Part shown: piece by piece, positions 34,443-48,836 of the stretch
How positions within the stretch are numbered: position 1 is the first letter of the stretch
Layout: each line of letters opens with the position of its first letter
Assembly: GCA_038087875.1 (NCBI GenBank)
Contig: CM075977.1
Location: forward strand, 80,600,001 to 80,664,000
Length of the DNA: 64,000 bases
From: Malacoraja senta
Taxonomy: Eukaryota
Direction: 5' to 3'
Notes under the pieces: model-generated
The model's input: the letters and a program-made list of their open reading frames with translations, nothing else
Database searches by the model: none
What the model was told of the DNA's origin: nothing
Translations under genes and position numbers: made by a program

Positions 34443-35049
34443 GTAATCCGCAAGTCCAAGATCTCGTTCACGATCAAAATCGCGATCCCAATCCAGATCG
34501 CCTTCTGCTGAGAGTGCTGAATAAATGTATTTGTTAATTCATAATTTGGACTGATATACTAAGTAAGTAAGCCTTCAGCCAGGTGTCACCAGGAAAAACT
34601 GTAATCATGCTGCACATTAATGCCCAATTTTTAAAGTGTTAAATTAAATTTAATTTGCTTTCGTTAAACTCTGGGTCAAGATATTAGCTGGTCTTGTGGT
34701 AATGCAAATCACCAAAAGCATTTACCTCCTCAAAAGTTGTTTTTTAATTTAAAAAAATATATATTTCCCTCATTGGCTCAACGTTTGAGTGGTAAAGGTC
34801 CAATATTTTTCAGGTTACATTTATGCAGCAATTCCCACTGGTGTTGATCTTGCCAATGAGAAACTGAGCCACACATCTTCCAAGGTCCCAATTGTATACA
34901 CATTATCTTTAAAATATTTCATTGAAGTTAACATTTTCACTCATTTCTTGTTCTAATTGCTGAATTTTAAATGGCTAAACAGACTTCAAGATTTGATTTA
35001 GTTATGTCCCATTAAAATACTTGTTGACAGTTTTACAGAAATTCTTTGG

Positions 35050-35350
35050 TTCTGATTGAAAGATACAGCTTGGAAACAGGCCCTCTGAGTCCATGCGACC
35101 ATCAATCACCCATTCACGTTACTATGTGATCTCACTTTCACGTCCACACCCTACATACTTGAGGCAATTTATAGAGGTCAATTAACCTACAAATTCGTAT
35201 ATCTTTGGGATGTGGGAGAATCTGGAGAAAATTCTTCGGTCACTGGGAGAACATGCAAACTCCACACAGACAGCATCTAAAGTCAGGATCGAACCTGGGT
35301 CTCTGGCGCTGTGAGATAGCGACTCTATGAACTGCTTCACTATGCCGCCC
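35050..35350 (-). mobile_element. tRNA-derived SINE
   Basis: Minus strand A/B boxes (GGCGGCATAGTG...GGTTCGATCC) and TGTGTGGAGTTTGCATGTTCTCC body. Confidence 0.65.
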
Positions 35351-35832
35351 CTATTGCTAATATATTTTCCATCAATAATCCTTGGTAAATGTGACAAACT
35401 CAGCAAGCCCAGAAAATAAATCAAAATAATTTAAGTCTAACCTTGAACAGGAGCAAGACAAATCTTTCTGACTGAAGAAGGTTATGAATACACCACCCAT
35501 CCTTTTGTTCAACCTTTGAATACCACATAACTCATGTATATGTAGCATATTATGGACATTATCACCCTATTTTTCATCAATATATCAGTAGACAAATAAC
35601 TTGCCTCTCTCAAGTTCTGTCAAATGACCTGTCATTTTTATTTTTCAAGCTCTGCAGACCATTTTACTGTGACATTACATTGAAAAGTGTAGAATGTATT
35701 GTTTCTTTTGCTATTTGTTTAGTACAGCCCTGCGCAACAAACAGATGTGTCTGAGAACATCTGCAATGGCATACTGCATGGAAGAGTGAAGATTTTGGAC
35801 CAAGAATTCTCAATCCACCTTTTCTGTTTTAG

Positions 35833-35910
35833 GAGATCAATGAGCATGAATTGGATTCCTATTTGGGGAAATTAGGCAAAGCTCCTTTGCAGCCATTGGA
35901 TTGTGATGAG
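35833..35910 (+). CDS. CEP192: CEP192 exon 7
   Basis: TTTTAG/GTAGGG; 78 nt, phase 0-0, open. Confidence 0.6.
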
Positions 35911-37998
35911 GTAGGGAATGTAGCTATTCAATGTGTGATTTTTTTTTTAAATGCAAGTATTTTTCAATTAAAATTTTTCTAAGGAAACTAAATAAATCTC
36001 TCCTCGCAGGTAAAATTTAATAAGGCATGCAGTCCAAAATAGCCCTTTTCCCTCCCAAATGCTATCATAGGTAGAATCATTCCACAAATTAAAATATTTT
36101 GAATAAAATTCTCACGTCATGTTCATATTACTTTCAATTGAGTGGTTATGTCTGCACTGATGTCTGAAGAACCGCAAGATTGTTGCCAATGCCACCTCGC
36201 TAGTTGGTGTGCAGTTAAATGGGAATCAAATGGAAATGCATAGCAAGTCCTCCTGATGCCTATTATCTGCTTGAACCCAGCCAGGTGGGTTAAAATGAGG
36301 CAAGACTCAAAAATCAGCACCACTGGGAACTTGTTAATAATATTGTAATTAATATTACAAATAATTATAATACTGCAAATAATTTAACATTAAAATATTT
36401 TAAAGCTAAAATAGTGTCTGAGGATGATCTCAGAGATTCCCTTAGGATTGCGACAGTGAGACCAAAGTAGGATCCATAATGGAGGAGCCATAAAAGATAA
36501 TGTAGGCAATGCTACTGTCTATAATATACTGCTGCTGATTTAATGCTTAAATCTTGCACAGATTTTAAATTTCAATTCATATGGAAGAGGTTTTCATTCA
36601 GAAATTTGCTCTCTCTGATTCTGCATACATCTTGGCCCGTCATGAAATAAAGGAGGAAGAGGCCCCAATCTGTGCAGGTGGATAGGACAGAGGGCAGACG
36701 GGTCGGTGTGGGAATACGAAGGGGAGTTGAAATGACATGAACTGAAAGCTTGCGATGAGTGTTGCAGACTGAGTGCAGTTTTTTTTCAAAATAGTCGCTA
36801 AGACTGGTCTTGCAGATGTAGAGAAGATCACATTGTGATGCTACTATGGAATGCAGTGAGATAACGCTTCCATTTGTGGTGGACGGTGGACATTTTCTAT
36901 TTCTATCCTGCAAAGAGTGATTGAATCTTTTTGGGGGATCTTTACGTCACTGGGAAGGCCTGCATATTGGGCATTTTCCTTAAATCCCCTTGAATGTTTG
37001 TGTGAACTGCTGCAGTCATTATGGGAAGATATTCCCAGTAGTTTTGAGAAGGGACTACCAAGATTTAGACTGTGGAGATGAAATTACTTGAATGGGAACA
37101 TGGAGATGGTGTGTTCAAATATGTCTGAAGACTTGTCCTTGCTGAGTTCAAAGATAGGTAGAGCTGCCTCGGCGAGTGACTGCAGTGCTTTTTACCCTGG
37201 TCTCAGTTGCATAGTCCATCTCTGGCTCTTCCCTTTCTGGGTTTCTCTGTCTCTATCTCGATGGTGTGGTGGGGAGAGGTGGGAGTAATTACTGATTGAC
37301 AGCCCACATGTTCCTACTGTTATCTTGATAATACCTCTTCCCTCCCTGCTGCTTTTCTGCTCTGATTATAAGAATCCCCACGCAGGTTCTCCTGAAATGT
37401 TTTCCTCTTACTTCAATCATACTATCATTGTTGAAGAGTTCATGGCTGCAGAATTTGACAGGTCAAGTATTCGGTTATCCATCTGTCATGTTAACTCGTC
37501 TTTCCCCTCTCCACAGAATTTGCCTGACATGCTAGGCATTTCCAGTATTCGCCGAATGGTTTCAAGTTCAAAAAGAATTCCGCTCTGTATTTCACATAGT
37601 TAGCCTGACTCTATGTCTCTCAGTGCCCTTGTTTGTCTTTAACAAGATGGCTCTTAAAATCATTGGAATCACCTGGATAGCTCTGACCCCATCTTATCAG
37701 AAATCGTGCTGTTGACTGATCTAAATCCCACCTTTGCAACTTAAAATAACTTACTCAATTTCCAAATTCTGATTGAGAATCTTCTACCTAAATCATTAAC
37801 TCTTTCTCTTTCCACAAATCCTACACGACATGAGTGTTCCTGGATTTTTTTGCTTTATTTCATATTTTTAGTGGTTTCATATTTGCATAGTTTTATATGT
37901 GCATGCTTAAATTCTGTTAATACTTAAAAATGATGATTTTGACATTTTTTAAAGTATTGTCTGGTTAAAGGATTATTTTGACTATACCTCTGCACTAG

Positions 37999-38148
37999 GA
38001 TGGCTTTCAAATGCCACCTGTTCGGCAAGCTGCAACTGGAATGGATTCTGCACCTTCAAGTGGCGAGGATACAGAAGATGAGTTGGAGGCTATTCAGAAA
38101 CAGAGTACTTTGCCAAGAGAGGCATTATCCCACGCAGCCAGGGAGTTG
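37999..38148 (+). CDS. CEP192: CEP192 exon 8
   Basis: DGFQMPPVRQAATGMDSAPSSGEDTEDELE; phase 0-0. Confidence 0.75.
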
Positions 38149-39206
38149 GTGTGTATTTTCTAACTTATTTTGAAGTTTTGGCAGGGAGAGGGTTGAGCGA
38201 GATATTCAATATTAATTTATGTTTTGCTAAGACTGCATAAAGTCATAAAAGCTATTAAGAAATTATTTATTTTCTTTATATCAAAGCAGGAGCATAATAC
38301 CCGGCCTCTTGTGCCTATTCTGTCATTCTTTAATAGTCTGCTTGAGTGCTGTTAGCCTGCACCCCATACAACTGGATTCCCAAATGAAAAAATATACTAT
38401 CTATTTCAGTCTTGAAAATACTGCACTTCCACAAAATTCTTGGAGAGAATTTCAAAGATTCTTCTCGTCTTTGTCTTGAATAGCTGACCCCTTATTTTGA
38501 GGGTATGTTACCTGGTTCTTGGTATCATATGTAGGAGAAATATTAATGTTGTATCTGGCCTTTCAATCCCGTTGAGTTTTGTATATTTCAATGAGATCAC
38601 CTATGTTTCTTATGAACTTAGATGATATGGATCCAAACTGCTTACATTTTCATGACGAAACATCATGCCATGAGTCCAGTGAACCTTCACTCCATTCCCA
38701 CTATCCCAACCATATACTTCCTTGGTTTTGTGCTTATCCAGATGCAACTTTTGGCAGTTTTCCAAATTTTAATTGATTAATACCAGATATTTTCTTGGCT
38801 ATAGCTAATCCATCTCGGATGGGACAGTTTCTCCTCAATGTTTTGGAGTTAAAGTGCAGTTGATACTTGAAGCTTTTGGCAGCCGTAATGTTAAGTATGG
38901 ACAGATGAATTAATCTTATGAGATATGAGCATAGTCCTGTTCTAGGTTGATTTCCTTTTACCTGGTTACCCAGGTTAGGTAAATTATCCCACTCTGCATT
39001 TTTTATTTAATTTGTCTCTAAGTGTTCATCTTTAACCAGATAGCTCTTTAGAATCTTATAGTGCCAATAACGTGCCACAAGAATAATTAAAAAAAAAAAA
39101 TCACTTGTCACATTAATGTTGGCCAGAAGCCCAATCACTCATTAGGGGTAAAAAGCTAGTTAGATCCAAATATTATTTGTGAACTTTGCATGAATTTCTT
39201 TTGCAG

Positions 39207-39354
39207 CTTGGAGGGAGCAATCAGCCCAGCTTTCGACCAGGATTGGAAGGTGGTAGTTCTGATGAGTCCATCGGGCCACTTGATGAACTAAATGAGGTTG
39301 GACTTGAATTCAGAAGATCAGTAGAGGGTCGAGTCATAAACTCCCCAATTGTAG
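39207..39354 (+). CDS. CEP192: CEP192 exon 9
   Basis: LGGSNQPSFRPGLEGGSSDE; GCAG/GTGAGC; phase 0 to 1. Confidence 0.78.
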
Positions 39355-39934
39355 GTGAGCACATTATTGACTATATCATGTAAAACAACTAGCAATGTTT
39401 TTTAATAAAGATTACAGAGATTGTTATACTCCCTTGACTATAATTGATGCTGTTATTGATGATGGGCATCAGTGTGCTTTTATTTGCATGACATTTCTGG
39501 TGGATGCATGTTATGGATTCCCAAACTTCTTTACAGAAGAACTTGCAGAACAAACTATACTTGCCTTCATAGGTCGAGGCATTGAGTGTTAGTCAGGTTG
39601 TCAAGATGCAGCTTTACAAGACTTTGGGGCTGCTTTTGAAGTATTACTGGCAGTTCTCGTGGCCCCAATACTGTGGGGCAAGTTTTTTTTTAAATAGGGT
39701 GGTGAGTGCTTGGATGGAGCTGCTGGGGGTGGTGGTGAAGGCAGATACAATTGTGGCATTTAAAAGACTTATGGATAGGCACATGGATATGGATTCCGTG
39801 CAGGCAGCTAAGAGTTGGTCTTGGCATCATGTTTGGCACAGACATTGTGGGCCGAAGAGCCTGTCCTTGCCTCCCTCTGAGAAATGGGGAGGATAATTTA
39901 TTTTGCTTCCATTCATTCTTGTATTTAAACAATA

Positions 39935-40100
39935 GACAATAGGTGCAGGAGTAGACCTTTCTGCCCTTCGAGCCAGCACCGCCATTCACTGTGATCATGG
40001 TTGATCATCCACAATCAGTATCCCGTTCCTGCCTTCTCCTCATATCCCTTGACTCCGCTATCTTTAAGAGCTTTATCTAACTCTCTCTTGAAAGCATCTT
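39935..40100 (-). mobile_element. CR1/HER1 LINE 3' fragment
   Basis: Reverse complement of the 445-600 region (FKRELD...GYEEKAGTGY and tail). Confidence 0.75.
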
Positions 40101-41134
40101 GAAAGACACTTTGACTGGAGTGAAACCTAATGACTTCCTTCTCCATTACTATGACCTGAATAATGTTGCTGTCATTCGTATTGTGAACCGGTCCATTTTC
40201 AAATATACTGCCCACCGGCACATTTTATCCCTCCACTTGCCACCACCTTAGTGTGTTGAAGGTAATTTCATTTTCAGGTTAGTTTATTGTCATGTACTCC
40301 AGGGTGCAATGAAAGTCCTTGTTCACATTTAGCTCACAGTAAACTGTATGCATGCAGCAATGAGGAGTGGAAAATGGCGCATGATTGTAGTGCTATTTGA
40401 ATGTACAATAGAAAATATCAAGGCACAATAGCGGAATAACTAAACAAGGTAAGAATACAGGCAACACCTCCGGGAAAGGGTTGTGAAAGAGATGATTGGT
40501 TCAGGAGTCCAATAGCAGCGAGGAGGAAACTATTCTAAAGTCTTGACGCCCTGGGTTTTGAGTTCCTGGGTCTTCCCAAAGTGGTGCGTGCACAAAGATA
40601 CACACAACCTTGCCATGCACATCATTACATTTTCTCTGTCTACCTTCCTATATCCTGATTAACTCAGGCAGCTGTTTATGTGAGCCAAATAGTCAATGTA
40701 AAAGGCATCACTTCTCCAAAAGTGGTTCAGCTAAGAAGCATTAATAAGAAAGTTCCTGCAGAGATAATGATGGTTAAAAGTCAAAATATTTTTCTGTTTT
40801 GTTAAGTTAATGTCATATCTTCCCGAAGTGGCTGGCACTTTTGATTCTATTTCCAGCCTTCTTGATGCAACACACCATGAAGATGGAGTGGATGGAAGAA
40901 AGTAACATGCCTGACATGGACTGGGCTGTGTTCACCATTCTCTCAAGTTCAGATAGTCAAGAGCAGAGCAGTTGCCAAGTCAGGATGTGTGTGATAATGG
41001 ATATATTGGGCTCTACTAATTGTTTAAAGCAACATTAGATCCAGTTGAGCTCATTTTCACATAAACTTGTGATTGTGCATTAATTAATAGTGTATGTGTT
41101 ACCATTGATATATAAACCTTCACTGATGTTTCAG

Positions 41135-41412
41135 GTGATGGAGGAGATGGCAGCAGTGGGAATGAAGATGATGGAATTGGTGTGTCAACTCGTCCATCTG
41201 CAACCTCCAGTCGCTGGAGACGTGAAATAGCGGACAGAAATATAACAGGAGGCGATGACCATGATAGCACGGCAAATCTATCTTCTAATAATGCAATATC
41301 TGATCATTTCCAAGGCCTCCGAATAGTGGATAGGAATGTAGCCGGACAAGATCAAATGCTTGGTACACTTCCGTTACAAGGAAATAGGGAATGTATTCCT
41401 GGTCAGAATGAG
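41135..41412 (+). CDS. CEP192: CEP192 exon 10
   Basis: GDGGDGSSGNEDD...; TCAG/GTAAGA; phase 1 to 0. Confidence 0.75.
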
Positions 41413-42187
41413 GTAAGAAAACAAAATAAGTTTTCCATTTTCTGTCGTCTTGTGTCTTTCAAGTTATTTTCTAAACTTTAGAATGCATCTGATTTGAATT
41501 GTACTGATCAATTTTTCAGAATCATCACATTTCGTTTACCATTACATAGAACAGTACAACACGGGTATGGGCCCTTCAGCCCACAATATGTGTGCTGAAC
41601 ATGATGCCAAGTTAAACTGATCTCATCTGCTTGTACATGATCCTTATCCCTAGGGAGGAACGGCACTGGATTGTTCATTTCCGTTTGTGAGTTAGATTAT
41701 AGGGTTGGCTTTCCTTTCCCAGTGTGCTACGATCTTTGCGAGGAGAGTACTCCCCTCTGTTGTGTACTTGTTATCTTGGCAAAACAATTGAAGTACTGTG
41801 TTTTGTAATAGTTTCATGGATCTGTGCAAATTGGATCTGGATGGAGATTTGGCATTTTGCTTGTGGGGAAGGACCCTTGCAAGTGCTGTCACTTTGCCAT
41901 ATCTCAATAACCTGGGATGAATTGAACCCAAATTAAACACAGGGTTGTGCAGTAGGTTGTCATCCAATTTTGATACATGTTCTTAATTATTTTAGATGCT
42001 CAGTTTACTAAATCAAAATTGATGGAGTGGATCTTGCAATAACCTTGCTTTTGTTTTTAAGAAATCATTGTGTCCAATTGATAGTCTTATTTCGCTTAGT
42101 GCATTTGAAGGCATATTATAACTTTTACCCACTCTTACAAGTATTTGTCTAGCTGAACCATTAATAGACAACTATTTTGTTCTACAG

Positions 42188-42578
42188 GATACTTTGGACA
42201 CTGGTTTGAACGATGACATGAAGCTGGATTCTGTATATTTTCGCTCTGGCGGCGGTAATAATACCGCACCTAATCAGACACTTTCCACGCCTCTACGTCT
42301 TTCACAGATCACCTGCTCGCCAAGTGGCGATAACAGCTTGGGGCTTAGAGACGGACCTTGTGGCGTCGCGACAGCAGAACAGATGTATGTTATGGAAAAT
42401 GGCGATGTTGCTGACCAGTCTTCAAATGCAGGTTCAGGCCCACCTCTTGCAGCTGTCTACTTGTCCCCTGCTTATGAAGATGAAAGCGACATGTGGCAAA
42501 ATTCCTCAAAAGATATCCTGTTTTATGACCAGCAGGAAGCTGAATGCAGCATGGATGACTCCACAATGAAAAATAAAG
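42188..42578 (+). CDS. CEP192: CEP192 exon 11
   Basis: Within ORF 42194-42610; ACAG/GTACTA; phase 0 to 1. Confidence 0.75.
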
Positions 42579-43448
42579 GTACTAGTTGTAATTGCTATTT
42601 CTATAAGTAATCACAATTTTAATTGTCAACAGTTTATTTAATCTGTTAAATAATCGTCTGATTTTCGTCTTGGTACTTGTCATCGTTCTTGCTTGGATTA
42701 AACTCTAGCTGCCAATTCTCTGCCCATATCTATGACATATTTATATCCTTCAGCTAACTTCACTGTCTGCAACGCCACCAAATGTTCTTTTCTCCATAAC
42801 CTCACTAACCAACCCAGCTACAGTTTCGGCCAAGTAATTTGTACATATTGTAAATGAGATCCCAGCACTGATCTCTGTGGAATACCATTAGCCATGTCCT
42901 CTAGCCAGAATAACAGCCTTCCAACGTGACCCATTTACCAAAGGTAAACTAGTTCTGAATCCTAAACTGCCAGGTCACTGGATCCCATCTATCTTAATCT
43001 GCTGGATCAGCTTGCCATGAAGCCATGAAGACAATATTCACTGCTCTATTAATCTACTTCGTCACCTCTTCAAAAAACTCACTAAAGTTCGTAAGACATG
43101 ACAAACCCTGCACAAACCCATGCTGATTGTCCTTAATTAGCCCTTTCTCTTTCAAATGGGTGCAATCCTTTCGCTAAAGATCCATTCCAATAGCTTCTCT
43201 ACCATCATGTGAGGCTGTGTTCTATAATTCCCTGCACTAGAGCTGACTACAAATACAATTGAAATAGATGGCAGATTATTGGTCAGGGCTATTGCTTCCG
43301 ATTAGATCCAATAATGCATGTGTTCATGTCAGGTGAGTGGACTAATTCACTTATTTCTGTCAATTAAAGTGTTCTTGAGATTGAACATATGAATTAGATA
43401 AAGTCATGGAGAGACTTAAACTGGGGCACCTCTTCTCTCATTTTGCAG

Positions 43449-43598
43449 AGGCGAAATCTGGTGTGGTTTACCAAAATGAAGAAGGTTGCTGGGTGACTGA
43501 TTTGGCTTATTATTATTCATTGGATCAAGAACAAGATCAATTCAATTTGCCAACTGATCTCTCTCATAGTATTCAAGAAGAAGATTTTATAAGTGGTG
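43449..43598 (+). CDS. CEP192: CEP192 exon 12 (Aurora-A-binding region)
   Basis: VVYQNEEGCWVTDLAYY (cf. VVYQNEEGRWVTDLAYY); phase 1-1. Confidence 0.92.
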
Positions 43599-43678
43599 GT
43601 ACGATTTTGTCAATTGTAAAATATTTTTCAAGAAATTTTCAAATGATTGTCCTAATTTTGTGTTGGTGCTATCTACAG

Positions 43679-43743
43679 ACAAAGCTGCTGCATTAATTGA
43701 AGAAGATCAAGAAGAATTTGAGGAAGACCACAAGTTTATTCAG
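43679..43743 (+). CDS. CEP192: CEP192 exon 13
   Basis: ALIEEDQEEFEEDHKFIQ (cf. LIAQDEEEFNKEHQFIQ); follows an 80-nt intron. Confidence 0.88.
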
Positions 43744-44994
43744 GTTTGAGAAAAGGTTATTCATGTAAACTTGGCAGGTGCAGAAGCTTTTTAAGATCTA
43801 GGGAATTAGGCCTTGTCTTTGAAAGCAAATAAGTAAATGGAGGCTGAGAGCCAACATAAAAAAGCCTGTGACCTTGGACAACATGGTTGAAAGAGTGTAG
43901 GAGATCTCGCACCTTGCGGATGACTGGAGCATAAGTTCTTGGAGCAGGATTGGGCCATGGCTGATCTATCTTTCCCTTTTGACCCCATTCTCCTTCCTTC
44001 ACCACAAAACCTCTTTGACACCCTTATTAGTCAAGAATCTGTCAATCTCCACCTTTAAAACATTCATTAACCTGGCCTCCACGGCAATGAATTCCACAGA
44101 TTCATCACCCTCTGATGAAGTAAATTCCTCCATCTCCTTTCTGAAGTGATGTCCTTTTATTGTAAGGTTTCAAACACCCTTGACTCCAAACAATCAGTGT
44201 TAAGAATAGAGCTGACTTTTCATGGGCAGAGCTAGTCAATGTTGCTAGAAGCAACAATTTGAAGATTTCCTGTACCCTTATGCCATTGATATTTTGAATT
44301 GAAAATGGACTTGCATGAAAACAGTTGGAATAGATGGCCTTTTACAGGCTGGAGGGATGGAGAGATTTTCAGGTCCCTTTTTGTTAAGTTGTGTGGCCTT
44401 ATTAACGTCAGTCAGGGTTGGCTGCAAGGCTTGTGTGTGCATGTGCAATTAATTTCAGACTCATTGTTATTTTTCTCGGCAGCATTTTCAGAATTAAGTT
44501 TTTAATGCTTTTTCATTACTGCAAGCTAAAAATACTAAAGGCTGTATGTTACTTTGTTTAGTAGAGTATCATTGCACAGATGTCAATGGACACTTTCAAT
44601 GGCCACCCAGCATTGTTGAGCCAATGGTATCTGAAATTTCTTTCCTCAGCAAGCCTTATTTTGCTAAGACATTTTCTCTGCTTGTCAATTTCCAAAGTAC
44701 CATTAAATGGATCTTTTGGTTCCGATCGAATTTGTGGTTAGTCTGTGTAATACATATTCATCAATTAATTGTATCAAGTTAGGCTTATGGAAACCTGCAT
44801 TACAGCAAAACTAATGGGAGCATATTCTTGCTCCCTCCACATACCCCTTTATCCCTGTCAAGAAATCATTAATTGTTCAAGCTTTCCACTGCTAAGCCTC
44901 ATGGTTTTTAGTTTTTACAGCAAAATACCACATTTTGAGAATTGTAATTACAAATATCATATACTTCCAAAGCCAATATTACCAAGTGTTAAAA

Positions 44995-47672
44995 CACTCC
45001 ACTCCCCGCGGGCCTCCACCATCGACTCTACCGACTCTCGCCACTCCACCGCCCTCCAGCAGGCCACAGCCGTCGCCTTACCCGAGTCCTAGGCTCAGCA
45101 CCGGCCTGAAGTCTCCACGCTGTAGACTCTAACATCACGGGGTCTAACTGTGCTGGGTCCTAGTGCTCCCCCCCCTAACACAGGGAACCTCAGTGGTTGT
45201 TCCACTGGGTCTTCCCCTTCCCCCTTAAACCATGTGACCCCACCCACACCATAGTCCTCATACCCCCCTCCTCCCTGACTACCCACCACCCCACTCCCAG
45301 ACATCTCCTCTGTCTCTGTCCGCTCACCTGCCTTCCTCCGGCTCTAACCCCCATCCTTGCCGTGTGCTCACCATCCCCCCTGACCTCCCTCTCTCTGATA
45401 CCGAACGATCTGTCCTCAGCAGAGGCCTCACCTTTGTTCCCCTCCGTCCCCACCTCAATGAGTTCCGCATCCGCCACGATGTGGAGTTCTTCTTCCGTCG
45501 CCTCCGCATCAAAGCATTTTTCCATGGTAAGGAGTCATCACCTCCCACTGATGACCCCTTCTCCCGTCTCCAACGGACCACTCCTCTTGGACTCCCCCTC
45601 ATGGCCATCTACCTGCTTTAGACCTTTTTATTTTAAACTGCCGGCAGGACATCAACCGCCTCAGCTTCTCCACTCCCCTTTCTCACTCCAACCTCTCTCC
45701 CCTGAATGTACATCCCTCCACTCACTCTGCAACAACCTAGACTGGGTGATCAAACCTGCCGACAAGGGAGGTGCCGTTGTACTCTGGCGCGCTGATCTCT
45801 ACAAGTCTGAGGTCACGCTCCAACTCTCAGATACCTCCTCCTACTTATCCTTGGACCATGACCCCACAGACGAGCACCAGGCCATTATCTCTAACACTAT
45901 CACTGGCTTCATCACTTCCGGCTCCCTGCCCTCCCAAGCCTCCAACCTCATCATTCCCCAGCTCCGCACGGCCCGATTTTACCTTCTCCCCAAAATCCAC
46001 GAACCTGACTGTCCTGGCAGACCCATTGTTCCTGCTTGTTCGTGCCCCACCGAACCTATTTCCACGTACCTCGACTCCATCCTATCCCCCCTGGTTAAAT
46101 CCCTCCCTACCTATGTTCAAGACACCTCACACTCTCTTCGTCAACTCCAGGACTTCCGTTTTCCAGGCCACCATTCCCTCATCTTCACCATGGATGTCCA
46201 GTCACTCTACACCATCCACCACCAGGAGGGTCTTAAAGCCTTCCATTTCTTCCTCAATCACAGAACCAATCAATCCCCGTCTACCGATACTCTCCTCTGC
46301 GTAGCGGAGCTGGTCCTTATCCTTAATAACTTTTCGTTTGACTCCTCACATTTCGTCCAAATCCAAGGCGTAGCTATGGGCCAAGCTATGCCTGCCTCTT
46401 TGTAGGGTACGTCGAACAATCCTTGTTCGAGACGTACCGTGGCCCTATCCCTGAAGTCTACCTCCGCTACATCGACGAATGCATTGGGGCTACCTCCTGC
46501 ATCGATGCAGAACTCACTAACTTCATCCATTTCACCACTAACTTCCATCTGGCACTCAAATACACCTGGACCATTTCCGACATCTCCCTATCGTTTCTAG
46601 ACCTCACTATCTCCATCGCAGGTGACAGACTACTGACTGACATCTATTATAAACCCACTGACTCCCATGGCTCTGGACTACACTTCTTCCCACCCTGCTT
46701 CCTGTAAGGACCATCCCCTACTCCCAATTCCTCCGTCTACGCCGCATCTGCACCCAGGATGAGGTGTTCCAAACCAGGGCATCGGAGATGTCCTTATTCT
46801 TTAGGGAACGGGGGTTCCCCTCTTCTACTATAGATGAGACTCTCACCAGGGTCTCTTCTATAAGCCGTAACTCTGTTTTCACTCCCCATCCCCCCCCCCA
46901 CACTCGTAACATCCCACCACTGGCCACATCTTCCTATCTCCCCTTTTGGCTTTCCGCAGAGACCACTCCCTCTGTAACTCCCTAATGAATTTGTCCCTTC
47001 CCACCTAAACCACCCCCTCGCCTGGTACTTCCCCTTGCAAAAGCAGGAAGTTCTGCACTTGTCACTTTACCTCCCCCCTTGACTCCATCCAAGGACCCAT
47101 GCAGTCTTTCCAGGTGCGGCAGAGGTTCACCTGCACCTCCTCCTCCAACCTCGTCTAATGCATCCGCTGCTCTAGGTGTCAGCTGCTCTACATTGGTGAG
47201 ACCAAGCGTAGGCTTGGCAATCGCTTCGCCCAACACCTCCACTCGGTTCGCAATAACCAACCTGATCTCCCGGTGGCTCAGCACTTCAACTCCCCCTCCC
47301 ATTCCGAATCCGACCTTTCTGTCCTGGGCCTCCTCCATGGCCAGAGTGAGGCCCACCGTAAACTGGAGGAGCAGCACCTCATATTTTGCTTGGGTAGTTT
47401 ACACCCCAGCGGTATGAACATTGACTTCTCCAATTTCAGGTAGTCCCTGCTTTCTCCCTCTTTCCCCTCCCCATCCCAGCTCTCCCACAGCCCACTATCT
47501 CCGCCTCTTCCTTTCTTCTTCCCACCCCCCCCACCCCCACATCAGTCTGAAGAAGGGTCTCGACACGAAACGTCGCCTATTTCCTTCGCTCCATAGATGC
47601 TGCCTCACCCGCTGAGTTTCTCCAGCATTTTTGTCTAGCTTCGATTTTCCGGCATCTGCAGTTCCTTCTTAA
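44995..47672 (+). mobile_element. Near full-length Penelope-like element (RT and GIY-YIG), frameshifted
   Basis: VLSRGLTFVP; IKPADKGGAVV; FYLLPKIH..PGRPIV; MDVQSLYT; GVAMG; YLRYID; YIGETKR; pLTR with hammerhead core at 47547-47574. Confidence 0.9.
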
Positions 47673-47774
47673 TCATTATGGCCTGGTATTTGTGCATAAT
47701 TAGAATTGGATCAACATTTGGCAAAATTGCCAAACGTGCTGCAAAGTTTAAGTCTTTGTTCATATTCCCTGCAG

Positions 47775-47984
47775 GAGGATAAAATGGAAATGATGTGCGC
47801 TGATGAGTCACTTAGAGATGATTCATGGAAGATGCCTTCTAGTCTGAAATTGGCTGGATCATCAACAGCACCTGACGTTGTGCAAGAAGATCAGAATTAC
47901 CTTCAACTCACTCTCGGAGATTTCTTTGGTGAAAGATCAGAGGCACTTGGATGTCTTGGTGAACAAAATAGTAAAATAAAACGT
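47775..47984 (+). CDS. CEP192: CEP192 exon 14
   Basis: YLQLTLGDFFGERSEALGCLG (cf. YLRLSLGEFFAQRSEALGCLG); phase 0-0. Confidence 0.92.
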
Positions 47985-48836
47985 GTGAGTTCCAGATTGG
48001 AATAGAGACAAATGGGTTTTTTTAAAGCGTAAATTCATGTTTTCAGTTAATTTTCCTTGTGTAATGTTTAGTCTCGTAAATCAGCATGAAAACAGGTCCT
48101 TCGGCTCACCGAGTCCATGTTGACCATAGATCCGCCATTCACACTAGTTCATTTTTATCCCATTCCCGACAAGTTAGGGGGCAATTTACAGACCTGCACG
48201 TCTTTGGGATGTGGGAGAAAACTGGTGCACCCAGAGGAAACCCACACAGTCAAATCAGTATAATGTGGAAACTAAAAGGCATAGATAGAGTGGATGTGGA
48301 AAGGATGTTTCCACTGGTGGGTGAGTCTAGGACCAGAGGTCATAGCCTCAGAATTAAATGGGCACTCTTTTAAACTGGAAGCGATGATGTACTTTTTTAG
48401 TTAGAGGGGAGTGGAACTCATTGCCACAGAAGGGCTGTGGAGGCCAAGTCAGTGGATATTTTTAAGGCAGAGATAGACAAGTTCTTGATTAGAATGGGTG
48501 TCAAGGGTTATGGGGAGAAGGCAGGAAAATGGGATTAGGTGGCAGAGATCAGCCATGATTACAATACAATTTATTTGTCTGGCGGGGTAGACTCGATGGG
48601 CCAAATGGCCTAATTCTGCTCTTATAACTTGTGAACTGGACACAGACAGTACCTGAGATCAGGATTGAACCCAGGTCTCTGGCGCTGTGAGGCAACTGCT
48701 GTATCAGCTGTGTCACCCAATTTTGGTGAACAAGAGGTCCTTGAGTAGAGAGTTGTGCAAAATTAAAAGCATACATTTAAACATTTTTTGCTGAATATTT
48801 TTTGATAACATTCCATGACATTCCCAAATTTCATAG

